The notes under the pieces: generated by a model
Databases searched by the model: none
Seen by the model: the letters and a program-made list of their open reading frames with translations, nothing else
Told to the model about the DNA's origin: nothing
Source of the DNA: an uncultured virus (IMG/VR IMGVR_UViG_3300023174_000066)
Lineage: Duplodnaviria; Heunggongvirae; Uroviricota; Caudoviricetes
Length of the DNA: 64,000 bases
Reading direction: 5' to 3' (one strand)
Virus record (IMG/VR): IMGVR_UViG_3300023174_000066
Program-made: the position numbers and the translations under genes
Shown: positions 47,371 to 55,009 of the stretch, one piece after another
Numbering within the stretch: the first letter of the stretch is position 1
Layout: each line of letters starts with the position of its first letter

Positions 47371-47784
47371 TCAGACTTCCTCGACCTCAAGGCTGTCGGT
47401 CTGGTAGCCGTAGGCGAAGTCCATATCGGAGTGCGTGGCTTCGATACTTGCCTCGAAGTGTTCCTCGTAATCGGAAGCATCTTTTCCGAGCGGAATGGTG
47501 AGCGTTCCGCGCCAAGTGGCGGTCACTACGATTTCGACTTCTTGGGTGAGTTCGACACCGAGCGCGTCACAGAGTTCGACAATGAATTCATCTTCACCAT
47601 CAACCTCGCCGTTGGAAATCGCGGTCTTAAGAATGTCGCTTGCCTTCTCAACTTTTTCGCGGTACATCTCCATTCTGCTGACTGCGAACTTACGAGATTG
47701 CTCGGTTTCGATAAGCCGTTCCTTGACATTTTTCAGAACATCAGTTGCTTCTGTGAGCGTTTCGCTCATTTCGTTGTTGTCCAT
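47371..47784 (-). CDS. Hypothetical acidic protein, 137 aa
   Basis: Cassette context; GGAG RBS. Confidence 0.65.
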   Translation of the reverse strand: MDNNEMSETLTEATDVLKNVKERLIETEQSRKFAVSRMEMYREKVEKASDILKTAISNGEVDGEDEFIVELCDALGVELTQEVEIVVTATWRGTLTIPLGKDASDYEEHFEASIEATHSDMDFAYGYQTDSLEVEEV

Positions 47785-47936
47785 TTTGGTTTGTTTCTCC
47801 GTTTCTGTCGGATTGTTCCGACACTCAATAGTCCCACGAATGACCGTCAATGTCAAGTCAAGGTGGGGGGCGATTTGTTTTTCTTTGATTGTTTTTGGGT
47901 TGAGCAGTTTTAGACTTACTCAGGTCTGGGAGAAAT

Positions 47937-48287
47937 CTACTTCTCGTTTTTGAGGTTGTTGATTAGGTCAGCAAACGCGCTGTCGGTTTCTGCTTTCTCG
48001 TTTACCTCGTACCGTTCTAGGATTTTGGTCAGTAAACCACCTAGTTCGTCTTTGACATTTATGGTCGAAGCAATGAGTGCTTCACGCCCCATACGCTTTA
48101 CCCTGCCGTCTGCTTCTGTGTCGAAGTTTACATCAGGGTCAAACGCGAGGTGGATACCCATAGCCAGCGAACCAGCCATAACAAAGAGCGCAAAGATTTC
48201 GCGGTCAGTCAAAGCCATCTTGCGAAGTTCGTCTTTGTAGTCAAGGTCATTGAGAGGGTTGTATTCCTCGTCACCTGTTTTTGGCAT
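47937..48287 (-). CDS. Hypothetical protein, 116 aa
   Basis: ORF track. Confidence 0.65.
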   Translation of the reverse strand: MPKTGDEEYNPLNDLDYKDELRKMALTDREIFALFVMAGSLAMGIHLAFDPDVNFDTEADGRVKRMGREALIASTINVKDELGGLLTKILERYEVNEKAETDSAFADLINNLKNEK

Positions 48288-48298
48288 TTCCGTACCCC

Positions 48299-48463
48299 CT
48301 AGTAGTTCTCTGCTACGAAATCGGACAGTTCTTTGAGGTTCGCACCGCTACTAATCAAAGCCAGCAGTTCCTCGTTTTCTGACAGTAGTTCGACAGAAAC
48401 GAAGTGAAGCCCTGCGAGGATTGAGAGTGCGCCAACCGCACCCCCGAAATAATCTTTAGCCAT
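48299..48463 (-). CDS. Hypothetical protein, 54 aa
   Basis: AGGAG RBS. Confidence 0.55.
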   Translation of the reverse strand: MAKDYFGGAVGALSILAGLHFVSVELLSENEELLALISSGANLKELSDFVAENY

Positions 48464-48651
48464 TTTTTCTCCTACCGAGGATTGTTGTTGCCCCCGATAA
48501 TATAAGTAAATCATCTATGACGGTTCTTGTCAAGCGAGAGGGCGAGGGGATTTGTTTTTTATTTGAGGGGTTTCACCGCGTAGCGGTTAGGTTTTTACGG
48601 TTTTCCACAAACGCCGAAACCCCCGACCTAAGTCGGGGGCTGGCTGAGTGA

Positions 48652-48975
48652 CTACTCGAGTGCTAGGTAGTAGTCCTTGACAAACTGGGGCAGGTTGTTC
48701 TCACGGACATAATTCATTCCGTCAGGTGTGAGATTGACCGACAGCCATTGACCGCAATCGCAAGCCCACGGTGTGTCGCTTTCACCTTCACCGTAAATGT
48801 CGCAGTAGGCGTAAGAATACCCCTTGTTGTTGTAGTCGCTTGCTGAATAAGGATTTTTGAATTCCAAATCATAGTCGGTGGCGTATTGACGAGCGCATTT
48901 TTCGCAAGCGTAGGTGACATAACTATCGTCACCAATTACCCACGGTGTTTCCAAGATTTCTGCTTCCATTTCCAT
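48652..48975 (-). CDS. Hypothetical Cys-containing protein
   Basis: AAGGA RBS; CEKC...CDCG. Confidence 0.6.
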   Translation of the reverse strand: MEMEAEILETPWVIGDDSYVTYACEKCARQYATDYDLEFKNPYSASDYNNKGYSYAYCDIYGEGESDTPWACDCGQWLSVNLTPDGMNYVRENNLPQFVKDYYLALE

Positions 48976-48976
48976 T

Positions 48977-49225
48977 TCAGTCCTTTTCTGTCCACGGTTC
49001 AGCGGGGTCGTAATCCACTTCTCCGTCAGTTGAGGTTTCGTGAGTGACCTCGCAGTTTTGGCAAACCACTTCCCAGTCACCCCAGTCGTTAGCAACAACG
49101 GTTTGTGCTTCGTTGTGCTTGTTGTCGCAGTCGGGGTTTTCGCAATCGAACTCCGCATACTCGAATTCGGTTTCGTAAATCCCTGACCCCATCATTGACC
49201 CCTCGGGGTAGTTGTAACCAGCCAT
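48977..49225 (-). CDS. Acidic Zn-ribbon protein
   Basis: CENPDC...CQNC. Confidence 0.65.
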   Translation of the reverse strand: MAGYNYPEGSMMGSGIYETEFEYAEFDCENPDCDNKHNEAQTVVANDWGDWEVVCQNCEVTHETSTDGEVDYDPAEPWTEKD

Positions 49226-49516
49226 TCCGTTTCCTTTCGTTAGAAGTTGTATTTATTCTCTCACCGAAAGCAACCAATGTCAAGTCAAGGGGGGTCGGGG
49301 CGGTTTCTTTTTCGAAGAAACGGTTTTCACCGCGAAGCGGTCACCGCGAAGCGGGGGTTTTACGGTTTTGATTTTTACGGTTTTTACGGTTTTCACCCCC
49401 AGAAATGGGGAAAGCCCCTACAAGCCCAACACTTGTAGGGGACTTTCCAGCCGAGGAAAGTAGGGGAAACCTCGGCTACTGGCGGTGGGGAAACGGAAAT
49501 AAACCCACCACCAAGA

Positions 49517-49906
49517 TTAGACTACTTCGGGTTCTTCGACTTTTGACGGAATTACAATCCGAGTTGCGACAGCGGTTGCCCAGAACAAGTCGTGACCGAT
49601 AACCTCGGCTTCGATTTCGACATTAGTTCCAGTCCTATCGTCAGTAGTCCAGTCGCGCACACGCAACCGACCTGAAACAACAATACGGTCACCTTTTTTG
49701 AGCGAGGGAACGCAGTTGATAGCCAGTTGCTTATACGCGCTGACGGTGTACCAGTTGGTCGAACTGTCCACCCATTTTAGAGTTGCCTTGTCGAAACGGC
49801 GTTGTGATGAAGCGAGGCGGAACGAAGTGATAGGAAGCCCCTCGCTGGTTACAATGTGGCGCGGTGTTGTGGCGATAAGCCCTGTGACTGTGATTGTGTC
49901 AGACAC
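49517..49906 (-). CDS. ssb: Single-stranded DNA-binding protein (actinobacterial type, no long acidic tail)
   Basis: ITVTG..AT.P...GLPITSFRLAS..RRFD...W.D..TNWYTV...LA.N...SL.KGDR..V.GRLR.RDW...EIEA..IGHDL.W. Confidence 0.92.
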   Translation of the reverse strand: MSDTITVTGLIATTPRHIVTSEGLPITSFRLASSQRRFDKATLKWVDSSTNWYTVSAYKQLAINCVPSLKKGDRIVVSGRLRVRDWTTDDRTGTNVEIEAEVIGHDLFWATAVATRIVIPSKVEEPEVV

Positions 49907-49939
49907 TATTTCTCCTTTGTTTAGGTTGGTATGATAAAT

Positions 49940-50215
49940 CTATCGGGTGAGAGATACATTGTCAAGTTGGGCGGGGCTGTTTTGTTTTTCGTTGGAAGTT
50001 TGTAATTTCCACCCTGCCAGCGTGACAATGTCATAGACAGTCACACCAAGACCGTCTGCGATACTTTCTAGCACTTCGCTAGAAACTTCGTTGTGACCTC
50101 GTTCGATTTCCGAGAGGTGAGCAATAGAAACATACTTGCTTACATCAACGAGGTTCTTGCGCTTGTCCGTTCGGAGTTCGCGCAAGACCTCGCCAAGAGC
50201 CTCACGATAGAGCAT
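49940..50215 (-). CDS. XRE-family HTH regulator, ClgR-like
   Basis: REALGEVLRELR...L.DVS..VS..HLSEIERG..E.SSEVL.SI..L.V. Confidence 0.8.
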   Translation of the reverse strand: MLYREALGEVLRELRTDKRKNLVDVSKYVSIAHLSEIERGHNEVSSEVLESIADGLGVTVYDIVTLAGWKLQTSNEKQNSPAQLDNVSLTR

Positions 50216-50604
50216 TAGTAAACCACATCAGGTTCGCAGTTGAGGATTTTAGGCGGTTTGACTGAACTATTGGGTCTTGCTTTGTAAGTCGTTCCGTCAT
50301 ATTCGTAGTAGCCAAAGTCAGCGTTGATATAGACGGTGGGGCTGTCAGTCCAACCCTCGTCACTACCAGTTTCGGCAGTATAGATACCAAACGACAGTTC
50401 GCCGTCATAAGCACCGAGATTGACCGAGAACTCGTGAAACAGTTGAGCCGTCAGATATGAGGGGTCACCGACCCGACCAGTCCGAGCCATAACATTTTGG
50501 ACAGCCGTGAAGTTGTCCGTTCCTGACCAATGACCGTAGAAACGAATTTCGTTGTTGTTGTCAAAGTCTTTTGAGCGAATGATGATAAGTGAGCGATTTC
50601 CCAT
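50215..50604 (-). CDS. Hypothetical protein (MGNR...Y.HW.G family), ends EPDVVY
   Basis: AAAGGA RBS; own promoter. Confidence 0.7.
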   Translation of the reverse strand: MGNRSLIIIRSKDFDNNNEIRFYGHWSGTDNFTAVQNVMARTGRVGDPSYLTAQLFHEFSVNLGAYDGELSFGIYTAETGSDEGWTDSPTVYINADFGYYEYDGTTYKARPNSSVKPPKILNCEPDVVY

Positions 50605-50657
50605 TTGATTTCCTTTCGTTGGGATATTCCCAAGTCTATACTCGTGTGAAGTTCGTG

Positions 50658-50909
50658 TCAAGTTGGAGTTACTAGGTCGGGTTCTATTTCTCCTAGCGAC
50701 TTATACCAAATGTCTTTTTTGGCTACCGTGTACCAAAGACCGCAACACACGCAATCAAAGAACACCATTGGCTCTCCGTCAATCAAGGTCGGATACTCTT
50801 TTTTGATTTGGATAATTTGAGGGTGGTTGTGGTGTTCCAGAGCATAGGCAGACATATTGCTAACTGCCGTCACTTCGGCGTATTCAGTCGCTTGCTGTAT
50901 CTCCGTCAT
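50658..50909 (-). CDS. Hypothetical protein, 83 aa, ends EPDLVTPT
   Basis: ORF track. Confidence 0.55.
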   Translation of the reverse strand: MTEIQQATEYAEVTAVSNMSAYALEHHNHPQIIQIKKEYPTLIDGEPMVFFDCVCCGLWYTVAKKDIWYKSLGEIEPDLVTPT

Positions 50910-51237
50910 AAACTATTTCACTCTCCTCACCACAGTTGGGGCAGGTCACTTCACCCTCAATGTTTTTCGAGCCGTAGTGATACTCCCAGCAATCCTCACA
51001 GCGGAACTCGCCAATAACGCTGTGAACCGCGTCTTGCCAGTCCTCGTTGATTTGTTCCCAAGTGTAGTCACCAATGGTAAAGTTTTCTATGATTTGTGCT
51101 TGGTGGGCTTCTGTTGCGGTAAAGCCGTTACTTTGGTCATCACCGACTTCGCTACCAGTCCAGTAAAGAAACATAATTGGTTCGTCTGGGTTCATAGCGG
51201 AAAGCGTTTTGATTACATCTGCGACTGTCTGTGCCAT
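50884..51237 (-). CDS. Hypothetical protein with C-terminal Zn ribbon
   Basis: CEDC...CPNCG. Confidence 0.65.
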   Translation of the reverse strand: MAQTVADVIKTLSAMNPDEPIMFLYWTGSEVGDDQSNGFTATEAHQAQIIENFTIGDYTWEQINEDWQDAVHSVIGEFRCEDCWEYHYGSKNIEGEVTCPNCGEESEIVYDGDTASD

Positions 51238-51357
51238 TTTTTGTCCTTTCGACAAGTCTAATTCTATGTCCATTTAGAGAGGCGAGGCACTTCCGAATGG
51301 GGGGCTGGAAGTGCCTCGCGTGGCAGGGAGAAATGGAAGAAACCCTGCCCTACCCAC

Positions 51358-51684
51358 CTACGCTTTGGCGGTGGGGGCTTGGATTACATTGAGGAAGTCG
51401 TACTCCACAATGTATTTGGTTGCTTCATACGCTTCGGGGAACTTGGCTTCCAGTTCCTTTGCGTTCACATTGGTTCGCTTACGAGAAGCAACGGAGAGAA
51501 CCTGAAAGCCGTTCACGGTGGCAACAGTCGCTTCGCCAAGAGCCTCGCGGATTTCTGCTTCGGCTTTTGCCTTGACTTCCTCGGCTTCTTTGATGATTTG
51601 CTTGGCTTCCACAAATGCCGTAAGAGCCTTACGAGCCTTTGCTTTCAGTTCGACCTTTTCGGTCTGTGTTTCGGTGCTAGTCAT
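51358..51684 (-). CDS. Coiled-coil protein, paralog of 45543..45857
   Basis: Alignment by eye. Confidence 0.75.
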   Translation of the reverse strand: MTSTETQTEKVELKAKARKALTAFVEAKQIIKEAEEVKAKAEAEIREALGEATVATVNGFQVLSVASRKRTNVNAKELEAKFPEAYEATKYIVEYDFLNVIQAPTAKA

Positions 51685-51766
51685 TTCGACTACTTCCCTT
51701 CTGTCATTTTGTCGGGTCGGGTTCGACCTACTAGAAATAATACGCTCGTTCGGAACTCTTGTCAAG

Positions 51767-52000
51767 TCAGTAAATCAAATCGGGTTCCTCGGCTTTTGGG
51801 TCGGGGGTTGGCACATAGACAAACTCCTCAATCTCATCTACATACACATCTCCACCAGACCAATCGCCAAACTCCTCGTCTGCGTGGTGTCCGTTGTCAA
51901 GAAGTTCTCCACCTTTCTCCTCGGCTTCTTGCTCGTCTTTGGCTTCGACCTCAACGGTGTACCAGACATAGGCACATTTCTGAACGCGATACTTTGGCAT
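51767..52000 (-). CDS. Acidic small protein (VEA..E.EA family), ends EPDLIY
   Basis: ORF track; TAATG coupling. Confidence 0.7.
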   Translation of the reverse strand: MPKYRVQKCAYVWYTVEVEAKDEQEAEEKGGELLDNGHHADEEFGDWSGGDVYVDEIEEFVYVPTPDPKAEEPDLIY

Positions 52001-52230
52001 TAGTACACCAAGTCGGGTTCTTGTTTGGGGGTTTTGTCTGCTGGGTCGGTGGCGTTCTCGTCAATCAAGTCTGTTTCGCCCTCATCCCAGTATTCCCCGA
52101 AGTCACTATCATCCTCGTCACCGCTGGCAATTCTCTCAACGCCAATGTCATACGCTTCATCCTCGCTGTCAGCGTACACATCTACATAGTGGTAACTCGT
52201 TGAGCCGAGTGTAATTCGATACAATCCCAT
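52000..52230 (-). CDS. Acidic small protein (V.A.SEDEA family), ends EPDLVY
   Basis: ORF track. Confidence 0.7.
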   Translation of the reverse strand: MGLYRITLGSTSYHYVDVYADSEDEAYDIGVERIASGDEDDSDFGEYWDEGETDLIDENATDPADKTPKQEPDLVY

Positions 52231-52242
52231 TGTCTTTCCTTT

Positions 52243-52962
52243 CTAGCCGTAAACCAAGTCAGGTTCTTGGGCGTTGGGGTCAATGATACCGTTTTCCTTG
52301 TTCCAGCGCAAGATTTTCTCGGCTCGGTCAGGGCAGTCCTCGTACCAGTCGTTTGGGTCATCATCCCAACTACATTGGCAACTGTCCTCACGGTCACGCT
52401 CAACATAGTCAGCGTGGCTGTCGGGAATATCCCATTGTTCGACAATGGTAAGTCCAGCCTCGGCTTTGGTCGGGTCATACTGCCACTCCGCGCCAAATCC
52501 TTGCTCTTCTTCCCAGTTGAGGTTTATGGACAGGCTCGGAAATCGCTTTATCAGTTTGTCTATAAATTGCTCTGGTGGTGACCACGGGGTACTGAACTGA
52601 ACCTGAAAGAAAGAATTATTGTCCTCGTTCTCCTCTGTCCAGACATACACATCAGAGCAATCCCACTTACAGCCCCACTCTGACAAGTTCCAGTTGTACC
52701 AGTTGTATTCCGTGTTACCGAACTCCTCACCATTTTCCCAGCCTTTTTTGCCGTAGTATTCCTCAATCTTGTCGGCAGGTGGAGAAACAAACGCGAGGAA
52801 AGAGAACCCACCGTTGCTGTCATAAATCAGGCAGTCTTTTTTGTCATCTTGCCAGCCCTGCGGAACATCTTTTCCAACGAGCGATAGAAACTCAATCATC
52901 TCGGGGTTGTCTAATTTTCCATTGGAACTTACCGTGAGAGTGTTGCTTACCCAGTTTGGCAT
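52243..52962 (-). CDS. DUF1281/YubB-like ferredoxin-fold protein, ends EPDLVYG
   Basis: MPNW..N.L, WY.WN...WG.KW, F.T.WSPP. Confidence 0.75.
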   Translation of the reverse strand: MPNWVSNTLTVSSNGKLDNPEMIEFLSLVGKDVPQGWQDDKKDCLIYDSNGGFSFLAFVSPPADKIEEYYGKKGWENGEEFGNTEYNWYNWNLSEWGCKWDCSDVYVWTEENEDNNSFFQVQFSTPWSPPEQFIDKLIKRFPSLSINLNWEEEQGFGAEWQYDPTKAEAGLTIVEQWDIPDSHADYVERDREDSCQCSWDDDPNDWYEDCPDRAEKILRWNKENGIIDPNAQEPDLVYG

Positions 52963-53072
52963 TTTCGTTGTCCTTTCGTTTGCCTACTACTGATAGTACG
53001 CTCGTTCATTGTTCGTGTCAAGTTGAGAATGGGGGCAGGGTGAAAGGTGAGGAACGCCCTGCCCCCAAGTTT

Positions 53073-54878
53073 TTATGAGTTCTTGCGACCAATCCGCGAC
53101 AGAACTTCTGCGCCAGCAGTTCCAATCAGAACCGCCGACTTCTCAATTTCGTCAGCGTTCAGTTGTACGACCTGACCATTCGTGCCAGCGAGGTAGGGGG
53201 TTATGTAACTGGTGTTCCTGTCAAATGTCAGCCAGAGAACTGCCACGCCTTTTCTCTCACATTCCTGAACCCACGCCCGAGCCTTTTTGCTTTCGTCTGT
53301 CGTGTATTGACCGTCACTTACGACCACGAGCATTTTTGCGCCCTGATTGTCCAGCAGAGTGAGGTGGCTGTCCAGAGCGCGGAACGCTTGGTCAAACTTC
53401 TCTGTGCCGTCTGGGGCAGACCACACGCGAACCTCGTCAAGTTTCTCACCAAGTCGAAGTGTCGGGAACGCGCCAGAGCCGTAATAGACCATAGCAGTTC
53501 GCGCCTGAACGCGCCGACCTGCGTTGGCAAGAACCCACGCTGTCGTTGCCATTGGGTTCATAGCCGAACCCATTGACCCCGATATGTCCACCATTACACC
53601 AATCGTCAGAGTTGGCTCGTCTGTGTGCTTTCGGGTTTTGTGTTCCCACGCTTCGACTGGCGTGAATACGCCTTTGCTTTCTAGAGCCTTGCTCTGAACG
53701 AGAGCGCGAGTTCGCAACCGACCAGCAGGGAGAACCGAGCGAACTGTGGTCACATCACGCTCACGATATTTTGCCTTTTCCAGAAGTTGCCCGACCTTGA
53801 CCGAGGCTACACGCTCGGCAGAAGTTGGCTTACGAGTTTCCACGAGCGTAGAGCCAGAGCCATTGGTGGTCTGCTCTCCTGTGCTTTTGGCAAAGACCTT
53901 GCCCTGCTCAACCTTGCCCTGCTCACGGCGTTTGCCGTCAGCGTTGCGTTCTTTGGCTTCCTTGCCCCACTTCTCGCTCTGCTCTCGTTGGGAGAGGCTG
54001 TCGTTGGCTCGGAATGAGGTTTCGTCTGCGCTGTCTGCGATTGCTTCTGCGATTGCTTTGGCAAGAGCCTTGCCCATTCCCTCGCCCTCTGTGGGTTCTC
54101 CACTTTCGCCCTCGCCCTCGCCCTTTTCCTTTTCGCGTTCGGAAACAAGAAGTTCCCATTCACGAGCGAGAGCGTACAGAGGTTCGGCGTTTTTGTGGGC
54201 TGTGTAGTTTTGAGCCTTACGCCAGATAGCGCGGAGTTGGTCATAGAGTTCTTGACCGAGGTTGCCCACCGCGAGGGCAATCACATCTGCCACATCTCGC
54301 TTGTCCAGAACCCCAGCGTCTATTCGCGCACCGACCAGCGCACCAATCTGCGCGAAAGCGCGAGTTCCCGAGAGTTTGGAAAGGGCTTCCTCGTCAAGTT
54401 CGCCCAGCACGATTTCCATAGCAGAGGTGCGGAGAAAGTCACGATTGTCGGGAAAGGTCAGAACGCCAAGAGCCTCAATTCGACTTTCCTCTAACAAGTG
54501 AAGTGCCTTGTTCTCATTCTCGGAAAGTTCCTTGCTTGCCAGTTCCAAATCCCAAAGAGTGAACCGAGCGTGAAGTGCCTCGTGGAGAATTGCCCCAGTT
54601 GCTTTTGGGAACTCGTACTGCTCGTCACGATTGTTCAGGTCACCAACCCACTTCGGGTCAGCGATACCAAATGCGTTCTTGGCGTGGATTTCGATTTCAG
54701 CCACGCGAGGGTCAAACAGAGCGATTGAGGTTTCACCGCTTTTGAGGTCAGCCCCGAGATAGACAACTAAATCATCTCGTTCTGCCCAGTTGTTTACCAG
54801 TTGCCCGACCTGCGAACCTACCGCAAGCCATTCAGAGGGAGTGTGCTTCACTCCACTTGTGTTTCCAAAGTGCGACAT
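53073..54878 (-). CDS. vWA domain protein with N-terminal HExxH (CobT-like partner of a MoxR-type ATPase)
   Basis: HEALH...LEESRIE; MIDAS motif DISGSM; SDG. Confidence 0.85.
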   Translation of the reverse strand: MSHFGNTSGVKHTPSEWLAVGSQVGQLVNNWAERDDLVVYLGADLKSGETSIALFDPRVAEIEIHAKNAFGIADPKWVGDLNNRDEQYEFPKATGAILHEALHARFTLWDLELASKELSENENKALHLLEESRIEALGVLTFPDNRDFLRTSAMEIVLGELDEEALSKLSGTRAFAQIGALVGARIDAGVLDKRDVADVIALAVGNLGQELYDQLRAIWRKAQNYTAHKNAEPLYALAREWELLVSEREKEKGEGEGESGEPTEGEGMGKALAKAIAEAIADSADETSFRANDSLSQREQSEKWGKEAKERNADGKRREQGKVEQGKVFAKSTGEQTTNGSGSTLVETRKPTSAERVASVKVGQLLEKAKYRERDVTTVRSVLPAGRLRTRALVQSKALESKGVFTPVEAWEHKTRKHTDEPTLTIGVMVDISGSMGSAMNPMATTAWVLANAGRRVQARTAMVYYGSGAFPTLRLGEKLDEVRVWSAPDGTEKFDQAFRALDSHLTLLDNQGAKMLVVVSDGQYTTDESKKARAWVQECERKGVAVLWLTFDRNTSYITPYLAGTNGQVVQLNADEIEKSAVLIGTAGAEVLSRIGRKNS

Positions 54879-55009
54879 TGTTTTTCACCTTTCGTTGTCG
54901 TTGCTTCGATTGTAATGCTCACTCCCCATTCTTGTCAAATGAGAGAGTGGGGCAGGTAGCCACCATAACTACCTGCCCCGACCTGCCGAGGGTAAGAAAG
55001 GACAAGACC

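Larger units (their letters stand above)
37860..49400 (-). repeat. Dispersed intergenic module (~17 copies): terminator, AAAACCGTAAAACC repeats, GNA hairpins, AAAAACAAA-C-rich element, TTGAC promoter
   Basis: Recurring plus-strand strings GGTTTTACGGTTTT, CCGCGNAGCGG, GGGGATTTGTTTTTCGATGTTTG and GTCAAG/GTCAAC between nearly every gene or gene pair. Confidence 0.9.

Noticed and set aside
37860..49400. CRISPR array interpretation of the dispersed repeats
   Set aside because: The repeats are degenerate and composite, are separated by whole genes rather than 30-40 bp spacers, and there are no cas genes in the window.
37860..49400. Classical integron interpretation
   Set aside because: No tyrosine integrase in the window, no recognisable attC R/L box pattern, and the cassettes carry their own promoters and terminators.
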